Shown here piece after piece: positions 15,501 through 38,812 of a stretch of 38,812 bases of DNA. Origin of the DNA: Microbotryum violaceum (taxonomy: Eukaryota); the NCBI GenBank assembly GCA_001244265.2, contig LN717261.1:992001-1030812 (forward strand), read 5' to 3'. The notes below the pieces were generated by a model that saw only the letters and a program-made list of their open reading frames with translations, was not told the DNA's origin and did no database searches. Made by a program: the position numbers and the translations under genes. How positions within the stretch are numbered: position 1 is the stretch's first letter; every line of letters starts with the position of its first letter.

Positions 15501-16049
15501 AGCCGCGCACGGGTACCATGTCCATCAGGCAGACATTGACAAAGCCTACCTCCATGGCAAATTGGACAAACCACTCTACATTCGGGTGCCGATGGTATCT
15601 ATATGCCAGGCAAGGTTCTCCAGCTGCACCGCTCGCTCTACGGCTTGCGCCAAGCTGGACGCATTTGGAACGACGAGATCGACTCGGCCCTGTCGGCTCT
15701 CGGCTATGCTGCCACCGAGTCTGACCACTGCGTTTACGTTCGGACGGCCGGTGATGAGCGCCACTACATCGCACTTTACGTCGATGACTTGCTCATGATC
15801 AGCCCTTCCCTCCCAGAGATCGAGCGTACTCTCCAGGGTCTCGAGCAGCGGTACGGTGTCAAACGACTCGGTGAGGCAGAGTACATCCTGGGTATCCAAA
15901 TTCGGCGCTCCGACAATGGCTCCATCACCCTCAGCCAGGAGCAGTACCTCAAGGACGTCCTCGCCCGCTTCGGTATGTCTGATGCCCACCCTGTCGCCAC
16001 ACCCATGCAGCCCGATCTCCGCCTTGAAGTCGAGCTCCAGCCCACCCCT
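12511..16049 (+). pseudogene. gag-pol of B3, frameshifted; RT retains YVDD
   Basis: ORFs 12442-13500, 13031-14812, 14455-15033, 15208-15798 and 15603-16148 ([24 protein letters not shown]). Confidence 0.9.
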
Positions 16050-16364
16050 TGTGACAAGTCCACTCTCAGCTCGGCAGAGGCGCCTCGGTCATTGCGCGCA
16101 CCCGCTAGCCCGCCCCCCTGCGCTGGGGACTTAGACGCGCGCGACTGACTCAGCGCGCCAGCGCCGGGTGGATCCGTGCGCGTGCCCACTAGGCCGCCCC
16201 CTTGCGGCGGGGACTTAGGCGCGCTTGACTGCCTTAGCGCGCTAGCAACTTCACCCGCGACTGGGCCTATCTCAGCCCGGGTCCCCTTTCTGTTTCTTAG
16301 CTTCCCTCTCACCACTTCTGTTCAACAATCAACCTCTCCTGACAGTAGTGGTGATCGTCTCATA
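16050..16364 (+). repeat. 5' LTR of A2, short form with a single U5 unit
   Basis: Family-A LTR lacking the 69-bp duplication. Confidence 0.9.
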
Positions 16365-16393
16365 GGTTATTCGCCCATCGACCTACCGCTGGC

Positions 16394-19625
<3,232 letters not shown>

Positions 19626-20043
19626 TGTGAGATCAAATATCTCCTTCATGTCCTTCTTGTATCTTGTACCTACCTCAACATCCTCCTCTCTTCGTTTTGA
19701 TCACTTTTGGCCTACTTTTCACCACCTTAGCTCTCCCACTCTGGGCCTGGTCTCTGCACCTAGGCCAGGTCCGTGCGCCTGACTTTGGCTGGGCTGACTT
19801 GGGCCCAGCCAAATGGCCCACTCTGGTTTCTCTCCTGCTCAAGCAACTTCTTGGTCTGGTCTCCCTTGGTCCTTCGATCAGAGACTTACCACCGCTTGAG
19901 CAGGTGAGCACTACTCTTCCTATCATCTTTCACCCTTCTAGATGCGGTAACTTACTGTAGTGCTTGAGCAGGTGTGTAAGAAGCAACTTCTTGGTCTGGT
20001 CTCCCTTGGTCCTTCGATCAGAGACTTACCACCGCTTGAGCAG
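19626..20043 (+). repeat. 5' LTR of D, 3'-truncated (no PBS)
   Basis: Matches 38476-38812; jumps from ...GAGCAG into mid-gag. Confidence 0.85.
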
Positions 20044-21294
20044 GCGTGACAACATCACAGGCGATTCCACTGCGATGCCCTCCGCCACCGAGATCTTCAC
20101 GCGCCTTTACCGCGATGTCAAAGCCCGCCCCGTCGATACTCCTGTCGCCGCCGTCGCCACCCCGCAGGCCCGCCACGGCTGTTCAAGGCCGTGCCAAATC
20201 CGTCTTGTCGCAAGTTGCACTGGCTCCGGGAATGCCCCGACACCGCCTGGGCCGCCGCCTACGAGCTCGTCGCACCGCCGAGAAGAAGGCCTCCCAGCCA
20301 GTCGCGTCACCAGCCGCAGTGGACACACCCAACTCTGTGTCGTTCACGGCCTGTCTCCTCGCAACACCTTCGCCATTTCGCAAATCGGCTTGGCTCCTTG
20401 ACTCGGGCGCTAATCGCCATATGACAAACGACAGGGGCCTTTTTTCCGAGCTTCGCACGGTCGCAGGCCCACGAGTTGGAGGTGTTGCCGGCTCCCTCCC
20501 TTCCACCGGTTGCGGCACCATTTGCATCCAGACTTCAACGGGTCCGATCACCGTGTCCAATGTCCTCCTCGTACCGGATCTCCCATGCAACCTGCTGTCC
20601 GTCTTCCAGTTGGATCAACTTGGCTACCGCGTCTCCTTCGCATCTCGTTGTGCAAGCATCGCCCGTCCCTCGGGTGCCGTCGTCGCTACCGCTCAAGCCA
20701 TCGGGAACAACCTGTACGCCTTGGCACTTGGACCTACACCCTGTACGCCCAAAGCCCTCCTCGCCATCCCTACCAAAGTGTCCTTGCTGACTCTGCACCG
20801 TCGCCTCGCGCACTTGCCCGTTGCGCAAATCAAAACCATTGTGCAGAAAGGCTTGGTTACTGGGTGGATTGGGTGTATAAGGATCAGGAGCTCCGGGATT
20901 TTTACTGCAATGCTTGTCTCGCTTCCAAAGCGCATGCCCTCCCCTTTGCCCGGTCCAAGTCCATTGCCTCTGGCCGCCTGGATCTCCTCCATGTCGATGT
21001 AGCGCAAATGCCTCGCCCTACATTTGGTGGACATCGGTACATGCTGGTCATCATTGATGACTTCTCTCGCAAGCACTGGTGTATCCTCCTGGCACTCAAA
21101 AGTGACGTCTTCCCTCGCCTTCGCGACTGGATCCTTGAAGTCGAGAATGCCACCGGCAACAAGGTGAAGACCATCCGCTCTGACAATGGAGGCGAGTTCA
21201 CTCTGCGCAACTTTGTCGACTTCTGTACAAGCAAAGGCATTCGTCGGGAACTCACTATCCCTTACACACCCCAACAAAATGGGCGTGTCGAGCG
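20044..21294 (+). pseudogene. D gag 3' end, protease and integrase N-terminal half
   Basis: ORFs 20046-21002 (WLLDSGANRHM) and 20510-21364 (LHVDV..RSDNGGEF..QQNGRVER). Confidence 0.88.
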
Positions 21295-21857
21295 TATGAA
21301 ACCGAACAACTGCTCAAGCGGTGGTGAGTCTCTGATCGACGGACCAGGGAGACCAGACCAATGAAGTTGCTTGGGATTACACACCTGCTCAAGCGGTGGT
21401 GAGTCTCTGATCGACGGACCAGGGAGACCAGACCAATGAAGTTGCTTGGGATTACACACCTGCTCAAGTGCTACAGTAAGTTACCATGGCTATGGAAGGG
21501 AGAGAGGAACTAGAAAGTGTAGTGCTCACCTGCTCAAGCGGTGGTGAGTCTCTGATCGACGGACCAGGGAGACCAGACCAATGAAGTTGCTTGAGCAGGA
21601 GAGTGAGAAGCGCGGAACCAGTTGGCTGGGGCAAGTGCGCAACCAGGTCCGTGCCCCAGTGCCAAGCGCACGGACCCAGCCAAGAGGCAAGGGGAGCCAG
21701 GCAGAGAGTAACTAGGTCCGTGCACTTGATGCAAGTACACAGACCAAGCCCAGTGATGATAGAGCAGGGTGAAGGACAGGCCAAAAATCACAGAGAGGAC
21801 AAGACAGAAAGAGGGAGATGATGTGAGAAGGAAGTACAGAGAGTTGTAACTCTCACA
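21295..21857 (-). repeat. 3' LTR of B2
   Basis: Direct repeat of 26283-26843. Confidence 0.95.
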
Positions 21858-21875
21858 CCCCCCCTACTTCGAACA

Positions 21876-24800
21876 TCAGGGAGCACAGACACCAAGTCGC
21901 CGCGGTGCCGAGCAAAGAGGTCACGAGACAAGGCCTTGGTGAAGATATCCGCCGTCATCTCGCTGGTGGCAATGTATTGGACGACGATGTCGCCCATGGA
22001 GACCATATCCCGGACAAAGTGTTCGCGAAGCCGAATGTGTCGAGTGCGAGCATGGAAGACCGGGTTTTTGGTGAGAGCATTGGCACCCTGATTGTCGCCG
22101 TAGATGAGGACGGGCTGTGAAGAAGGGAGACCAAGCTCACCAAAGAGTTGACGTAGGAAAATGGCCTCCTTGCCGGCGTGGGACAGAGCAAGGTACTCGG
22201 CGTCGCAAGTGGAGTCGGCGACGCGTGACTGTAGACGGAGGACCAGGAGACGGCGGCACCTGCGTAGGTAAAGTTGTAGCCCATAGTCGATCTGGAGGAT
22301 AAGAGGCATGCACCCCAATTGCAGTCCGAGTAGCCGACCAAGGGAGCCGGATCACCACGGGTGTAGCGTAAGCCGTGAGATAGGGTGCCGGCAACGTAGC
22401 GGAAGGCGTGCTTGATCGCACCCCAGGCAGCAGCAGACGGTGAACGAGAGAAGCGAGCCAGATATCCGACGGTGTAGGCGAGGTCGGGACGTGTACCGGT
22501 AGAAGCATACATAAGAGAGCCGATCGCTTGCAGGTACCGAGTTCGATCCGGGAATGGGGTGGGTTGGAGTTCGACTTCGAGGCGGAGATCGGGCTGCATG
22601 GGTGTGGCGACAGAGTGAGCATCGGACATACCGAAGCGAGCAAGAACGTCCTTGAGGTACTGCTCCTGACTGAGAGTGATGGAGCCGTCGTTGGAGCGCC
22701 GAATTGGATGCCGAGGATGTATTCTGCCTGACCAAGTCGTTTGACGCCGTAACGCTGCTCGAGACCATGGAGGGTACGCTCGATCTCTGGGAGAGAAGGG
22801 CTGATCATGAGCAAGTCGTAGAGAGAGCGGTGCAGCTGGAGAACCTTGCCCGGCATGTAGACTCCATCGGGTACGCGAATGTAGAGTGGCTTGTCCAATT
22901 TACCGTGGAGGTAGGCCTTGTCAATGTCGGCCTGATGAATGTGGTAACCATGGACGGCTGCGAGGGCGAGGAGTGCGCGAATGGATGTGAACTTAGCGAC
23001 GGGTGCGAAGGTCTCGTCAAAATCGATGCCCGAGCGCTGAGAGTCGCCACGGGCAACAAGTCGGCCTTTGTAAGACTTGACCTGACCGTGCTGGTCGCGT
23101 TTCGTACGGAAGACGAATCGAGAGCCGAGGATCCTAGCATCTGCAGGCACGAGGGACTCATCAATTGGTGTGAAAGCGGAGAAATCGCGAGAAAGTGAGT
23201 CGAATTCGGCCTGGGCAGCTAGACGCCACTCGTCAGCTTGAGGGGTTGCCATGGCAGCACGCCAGTGAGGGGGATCCCGGGCGGCGCGATCAGTTCCGTC
23301 AAGTCCGTAGGCGCGGTGTTGAGCAAGGCGACGACACCGGAGGCAAGGTGGGCGACAGGTGGAGGCGAGTGGAGGGCGTCGTCCAGGTCGTCGGGGAATT
23401 CAGGTGCGAGACAGACGGAAGCAATATCGCCCGAGCGTGGCAAGAGGTCGATAGGGTCGGGGGACTCGGATCGAGCGGGCGAGGACGGCGCGGGCAACGG
23501 ACGTGGCACCACCGGTCGAGGGGATGGACAAGGCGTGGAGATTGCCGAGTCGGAGCTGCCCTGGTCAGAGGCGTGGGTGTCGGGGGAGTCCTGGTCAGGG
23601 AGGCCACCCGTACGGTTGATGAGGGAGCCTTGGTCAGAGGCAGGAAGAGAGCCTTGGTCGGAGGCAGGAGAGCCTTGGTCAGAGCAGGGCGCGCGCGTGA
23701 GTCCTGGTCAGGGAGGGCGCGGGCGGGGAGTGGACGGCGCGGGCCTTGGTCAAAGGCAGCGGGCGCGGGTCCTGGGGCTCGGCACGAGGCGCAAGAGAGA
23801 GAGGGGAAGCAACGAGCGACGGCTCAGAGTGGTCTACCTGGTCGGGGTGAATGTCGGCGGCCACAGGAAGTGGAGTGGTGCCAGTGTGGGTGTCGACCAC
23901 GCTCTGCAAGGCAGGGAACTCGGATTCACGAAAGACGACGTTGCGACTGAGGAGGAATTTGCGTGTAGCCGGGTCGAATAGGCGATACGCCTTCGCGTGG
24001 TCGTCGAGCCTACGAACATGAGCGGCACAGCCTTGGGATCGAGGGCGGTGCGCTTAACCGAGGGAAGGTAGTGCCACGCACGACAACCGAAGGCACGTAA
24101 TGAGGATACATCCGGTGCAATGCCATACCAACGAGTGTCAGGGATATCACCGCGAATGCCTGCGTGCGGCATCAAGTTCTTGCAGTGTACGAAGTACGTG
24201 GCGGCCTCAGCCCAGAGGCGCGTGTCAGCACCTGCCGAGTAGAGTAAAGCAAGGATACCCTCTTTGATGGTGCGGTTGGTGCGTTCAACACGTCCGTTTT
24301 GTTGAGGGGTGTACGGAATAGTGAGCTCGCGACGTATACCCTTGGCCACACAGAAATCGACAAAGTTCCGAAGAGTGAACTCGCCACCATTGTCGGAGCG
24401 AATAGTCTTTACCCGGTCACCCGTGACGTTCTCTACCTCAAGAATCCAGGCGCGGAGACGGTGAAAGACGTCACTTTTGTGAGTGAGGAGGATGCACCAA
24501 TGTTTGCGGGTGTAGTTGTCGACAATCACAAGCATGTAGCGATGACCGCCGAAGCTGGCCCGAGGCATTTGGCGACGTCGACGTGGACGAGGTCCAGGCG
24601 ACCGGATGCAATGGACTTGGAACGAGCAAAAGGGAGGGCATGCGCTTTGGAGGCGAGACAAGCATTGCAATTGAAAGACCTAACCTCTTCCTCTGAATAT
24701 ACCCAATCCACCCCAGTGACCAAACCTTTCTGCACGACGCTCTTGAGTTGCGCGACGGGTAAATGCGCGAAGCGACGGTGCATAGTCAGTAAGGAAACTC

Positions 24801-26170
24801 TGTGAGGGGTGGCTAGGAGGGCATTTGGCATACAGGGTGAGGGTGCGACGGTTAACGCGTATAGGTCATTTGCGATTGCTTGTGCCGTGGCGACGACGGT
24901 GCCTGAGGAGTTGCGGATCGTGGCGCGGCCGGAACCGAAGGAGGTGGTGAAACCGAGTCGATCCAGACGACGGACCGATAATAAGTTGCACGGGAGCGAA
25001 GGTACCAAGAGGACGTCGGTCGCTACAACGGGGCCAGCTGACGTCGAGAGGCAGACGGAGCCACAACCGGTGGACGGAAGAGAACCGGCAACTCCAGCAA
25101 CGTGCGGGCCGGCGAACGGCCGGAGGGTGGAGAAGAGCTGGCTGTCGTTGGCCATGTGGCGATTAGCACCGGAGTCGAGGAGCCAAGCCGACTTAGGAAA
25201 GGAAGACGGGGTGGCGAGGAGGCACGCTGTGAAGGTGGCGGGTTCTGACTTCTCGTCGACGGCAGGGGAGGTGACGGCGCGGGAACCCTTCTTGTGATTT
25301 CGCGAAGTCGCTCCGGCGGCAGCCTTGCGGGCGCGGAAGGCGGCGGCCCAGGCGGTGTCGGGACAGTCCCGAAGCCAGTGCATCTTTCGGCAAGAGGGGT
25401 TGGGGCAAGGGCTATGGGGAACGCGTTGCTGAGAGGTGGTAGTGGCGGCAACGGGGGAGTCGACCGGACGAGCCTTGATCTCGCGGTAGATACGGTCGAG
25501 GATCTCGGCGGCAGGGGGCAGTGTACGGGATGTGCCCTGAGAATTGACAAACGTAGTGCGCCAGGCGGAGAGGGAGGAGGGCATCCGGGCGAGCAAGTGT
25601 GACGCTAGTAGGGAGTCCGTCGTCACCTTTGAGTCGTCGAGGAGGCGGGAGTCGTTCTCGAATCGGTCACGAAACTGAAGGAACTCGTCGACGGTGTCGG
25701 GCATAGGGTCGGGACTGAAGAGTCGAGAGATGACAGGGAGAAGATCGACCGCCGAAACAGCGCCATATCGCATGCGCAGAGCTACCCAAATCTTGTGACC
25801 GGCTGCGAGGGTCGCCGAAGTATTGCGAGAGGCCGGGAAGAACCATCCGAGGGTCGACGGCGGCGCAGATCGAGGCGCGGGCGTAGTGATCCCATAATGA
25901 AACGTAAGATGGCGGCCAGGACGACGAAGGGACGCCAGACTGAAGGTAGTCGATAACGTCGGAGGCAGACGGGAGCATAGCGTCAGGACCCAGTCTTGAT
26001 AGCCGTTGGTGTCGCGCAGAAGTCGGAAACAGCGAAGGCTGCGACCTGTGTGGAGGGCGCGGTGGGGGGACCGCGAGCGTTAAGGACTTGGCGTCGTCGG
26101 ACATGCCAGGCGTTAAGGACTTGGCGTCGTCGGACATGCCAGGCGTTAAGGACTTGGCGTCGTCGGACAT
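21876..26170 (-). pseudogene. gag-pol of B2, frameshifted
   Basis: ORFs 25667-26170, 24526-25773, 23834-24670, 22137-23252, 21955-22629 and 21788-22318 (RNase H, ADIFTKAL). Confidence 0.9.
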
Positions 26171-26179
26171 GCCAGGCGT
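26077..26179 (-). repeat. 3x 33-bp tandem repeat at the gag start (MSDDAKSLTPG x3)
   Basis: GCGTTAAGGACTTGGCGTCGTCGGACATGCCAG repeated exactly three times. Confidence 0.95.
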
Positions 26180-26282
26180 GCAGGGTGCAGGCGAGGCTGA
26201 GTCGTGCGAAGCGCGAAAAAAAAACGACGACGAGGGCGGGCACGGAGGTGACCGCGCTGGTAGCTTGTTGTGGCTTATAACC

Positions 26283-26843
26283 TATGAAACCGAACAACTG
26301 CTCAAGCGGTGGTGAGTCTCTGATCGACGGACCAGGGAGACCAGACCAATGAAGTTGCTTGGGATTACACACCTGCTCAGCGGTGGTGAGTCTCTGATCG
26401 ACGGACCAGGGAGACCAGACCAATGAAGTTGCTTGGGATTACACACCTGCTCAAGTGCTACAGTAAGTTACCATGGCTATGGAAGGGAGAGAGGAACTAG
26501 AAAGTGTAGTGCTCACCTGCTCAAGCGGTGGTGAGTCTCTGATCGACGGACCAGGGAGACCAGACCAATGAAGTTGCTTGAGCAGGAGAGTGAGAAGCGC
26601 GGAACCAGTTGGCTGGGGCAAGTGCGCAACCAGGTCCGTGCCCCAGTGCCAAGCGCACGACCCAGCCAAGAGGCAAGGGGAGCCAGGCAGAGAGTAACTA
26701 GGTCCGTGCACTTGATGCAAGTACACAGACCAAGCCCAGTGATGATAGAGCAGGGTGAAGGACAGGCCAAAAATCACAGAGAGGACAAGACAGAAAGAGG
26801 GAGATGATGTGAGAAGGAAGTACAGAGAGTTGTAACTCTCACA
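26283..26843 (-). repeat. 5' LTR of B2
   Basis: Followed on the minus strand by PBS GGTTATAAGCCA. Confidence 0.95.
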
Positions 26844-28705
26844 GAGCGCAGCAATCACACCATCAAGGAGGGTATCCTTGCTCTGCTCTACTCCTCTGGC
26901 GCTGATTCGCGCCTCTGGGGTGAGGCTGCCTTGTACTACGTGCACTGCAAAAACCTGATGCCTCACGCCGGCATTGGTGGTGAGATCCCCGACACCCGTT
27001 GGCACGGCTTTGCGCCTGATATCTCCACTCTTTGCGCATTTGGCTGCCGCGCTTGGCACCACCTTCCCTCGGCCAAGCGCACGGACCTTGACCCCAAGGC
27101 TGTACCCCTCCTGTTCGTTGGTTTTGACCACCATGCCAAGGCTTTCCGACTCTTCGAGCCGTCCACGCGCAGGATACAACTCAGCCGCAATGTTGTCTTC
27201 CGTGAATCCGAGTTCCCTGCACTCCGGCCAGCCACCGACGTTCGCGCTGAACCAATCCCACTCCCCGTCACTGTTGACGCATACCCTGACCAGGTAGACC
27301 CCCTTGAGCCTTCGCTCGTTGCTTCCCCTCACTCACTCGCGCCTCGCGCTGAGCCACCTCGACCCGTGCCGGCAGCCCCTGACCAGGGCCCGCACCGTCC
27401 CGCCCCTGCCTGCGAGGTCCCTGACCAGGACTCGCTCGCACCCCCTGCCCCTGACCAAGGCTCCCCTGCTCGTGAGCTCCCTGACCCGGAATCACCTGCA
27501 TCAAGCGCCTCTGACCAAGGTAGCTCTGACTCGGCCATCTCCACGCCTTGTCCTTCCCCGCGCCCCGTGGCCTCCCGTGCGTTGCCAGCGCCACCCTCAC
27601 CCGCTCGGTCCGACTCCCCGGACCCGATCGATCTCCTGCCACGCCCACGCGATGTTGCTTCGCTATGCCAGGCGCAGGAGTTTCCCGACGACGTGGATGA
27701 CGCACTCCACTCACCCTCTGCCGTGGCCTACCTTGCCTCTGGCACTGCCGCCCTCATTGAGACCTCGCCCGCCGACCCTGCGGAACTGATTGCCCCCGCT
27801 CGCGACCCACCTCACTGGCGAGCGGCCATGGCCACTCCTCAAGCGGATGAATGGCGTCTTGCGGCCCGCGACGAGTTTGACTCACTCTTGCGAGATTTTT
27901 CGGCGTTCACACCGATTGACGAGTCCCTTGTCCCAGCAGACGCCAAGGTCCTGGGCTCCCGCTTTGTCTTCCGCACCAAACGCGACCAGCATGGCCAAGT
28001 CAAGTCCTACAAGGGCCGTCTTGTTGCTCGTGGTGACTCCCAACGCTCTGGCATTGACTTTGACGAGACCTTTGCACCCGTGGCCAAATTCACCTCCATC
28101 CGCGCACTCCTGGCTCTTGCTGCTGCTCATGGGTACCACGTCCACCAGGCCGACATCGACAAAGCCTACCTGCACGGCAAACTCGACGCACCCCTGTACA
28201 TTCGTGTGCCTGATGGCATCTACATGCCAGGCAAGGTCCTCCAACTGCATCGGTCCCTCTATGGTTTGCGCCAGGCCGGTCGCATCTGGAACGACGAGAT
28301 TGACTCTGCCTTGTCCGCACTCGGCTACATCGCCACCGAATCCGACCACTGCGTCTACGTCAGGACAACGGGTGATGTGCACCACTACATTGCGCTCTAT
28401 GTCGACGACCTGCTCATGATCAGCCCCTCTCTCCCTGAGATTGAGCGTACCCTTCAGGGTCTTGAGCAGCGCTATGGTGTCAAACGGCTCGGTGAGGCGG
28501 AATATGTCCTCGGCATCCAGATCCGGCGCTCTCCAGACGGTTCCATCTCTCTGAGTCAGGAACAATACCTCAAGGACGTCCTTGCCCGATTTGGAATGTC
28601 CGATGCCCATCCCGTCGCCACGCCCATGCAGCCCGATCTCCGCCTCGAAGTCGAGCTGCAGCCCACCCCATTCCCGGATCGCACTCGGTACCTGCAGGCC
28701 ATCGG
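26844..28705 (+). pseudogene. D integrase C-terminal half and intact RT (YVDD), cut by A3
   Basis: ORF 26931-28748: [37 protein letters not shown]. Confidence 0.92.
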
Positions 28706-37807
<9,102 letters not shown>

Positions 37808-38457
37808 ATCGGTTCCCTTATGTACGCGTCCACTGGTACTCGGCCCGACCTGGCTTACACCGTCGGTTACTTGGCTCGCTTCTCTCACTCGCCTTCCGCT
37901 GCTGCTTGGGGAGCTGTCAAACACGCCTTCCGTTACCTCGCTGGCACTCTTTCTCACGGCTTACGCTACGCTCGTGGGAATCTGGCACCGCTCTTAGGCT
38001 ACTCCGACTGCAACTGGGTGCATGCGTCCTCTCTTCCAAGTCGACCATGGGTTACACTTTTGTCTATGCAGGTGCTGCCGTCTCATGGTCCTCCCGGCTT
38101 CAATCGCGCGTTGCCGACTCCACTTGTGACGCCGAGTACCTCGCACTGTCACACGCTGGTAAGGAGGCAATCTTTCTGCGTCAGCTCTTTGGTGAGCTTG
38201 GCCTTTCGTCTTCAAAGCCCGTCCTCATCTACGGCGACAACCAAGGCACCAATGCTCTCACCAAGAATCCGGTATTTCATGCTCGGACTCGGCACATCCG
38301 CCTGCGCGAACACTTCGTCCGGGATATGGTTTCCATGGGCGACATTGTCGTCCAGTACATCAACACTGGTGAGATGACAGCGGACATCTTCACCAAAGCA
38401 TTGTCACGCGACCTCTTTGCTCGGCACCGCGGTCGACTCGGTATCTGTGCTCCCTGA
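37808..38457 (+). pseudogene. D RNase H end
   Basis: [48 protein letters not shown]. Confidence 0.92.
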
Positions 38458-38475
38458 TACTCGAAGTAGGGGGGG

Positions 38476-38812
38476 TGTGAGATCAAATATCTCCTTCATG
38501 TCCTTCTTGTATCTTGTACCTACCTCAACATCCTCCTCTCTTCGTTTTGATCACTTTTGGCCTACTTTTCACCACCTTAGCTCTCCACTCTGGCTGGTCT
38601 CTGCACCTGGGCCAGGTCCGTGCGCCTGACTTTGGCTGGCTGACTTGGGCCCAGCCAAATGGCCCCACTCTGGTTCTCTCCTGCTCAAGCAACTTCTTGG
38701 TCTGGTCTCCCTTGGTCCTTCGATCAGAGACTTACCACCGCTTGAGCAGGTGAGCACTACTCTTCCTATCATCTTTCACCCTTCTAGATGCGGTAACTTA
38801 CTGTAGTGCTTG
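38476..38812 (+). repeat. 3' LTR of D (runs off the window)
   Basis: Follows the G-run PPT at 38465-38475; matches 19626 onward. Confidence 0.92.

Larger units (their letters stand above)
11847..16049 (+). mobile_element. copia element B3 (5' LTR to end of RT), interrupted by A2
   Basis: LTR 11847-12403, PBS GGTTATAAGCCC 12404-12415, gag-pol; breaks at CCCCT|TGTGAC. Confidence 0.92.
21295..26843 (-). mobile_element. structurally complete copia element B2 (5549 bp), RT core deleted
   Basis: LTRs 21295-21857 and 26283-26843 are near-identical; TSD GAGCG at 21290-21294 and 26844-26848; PBS 26271-26282; PPT about 21858-21867. Confidence 0.95.

Overview
This GC-rich eukaryotic window contains no host genes and is most likely fungal; a basidiomycete origin is inferred, not shown. 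It consists entirely of nested Ty1/copia LTR retrotransposons (gag zinc knuckle, protease DSGA, GAG-pre-integrase, rve integrase, RT YVDD, RNase H) from two lineages, here labelled A/C and B/D. The reconstructed nest is A0 (3773-4560) < B1 (from 4561) < A1 (from 9196) < B3 (from 11847) < A2 (from 16050) < D (from 19626) < two inserts: B2 (21295-26843, TSD GAGCG) and a four-LTR compound A3 (28706-37807, TSD ATCGG). Element C1 (1-3772) is also inserted into A0. The standout is a 510-bp non-autonomous LTR element (TRIM, 11111-11620, TSD ACGAA) whose two LTRs each carry a complete tRNA cloverleaf with a nominal TTA anticodon, which is Cassandra/Helenus-like. Other notable traits are TG...TA LTR termini shown by TSDs, half-tRNA-iMet primer-binding sites, LTR 3' ends built from intron-like tandem units, and an RT-dead subfamily present as two separate insertions. 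Many frameshifts are single-base indels and may partly be long-read consensus errors.
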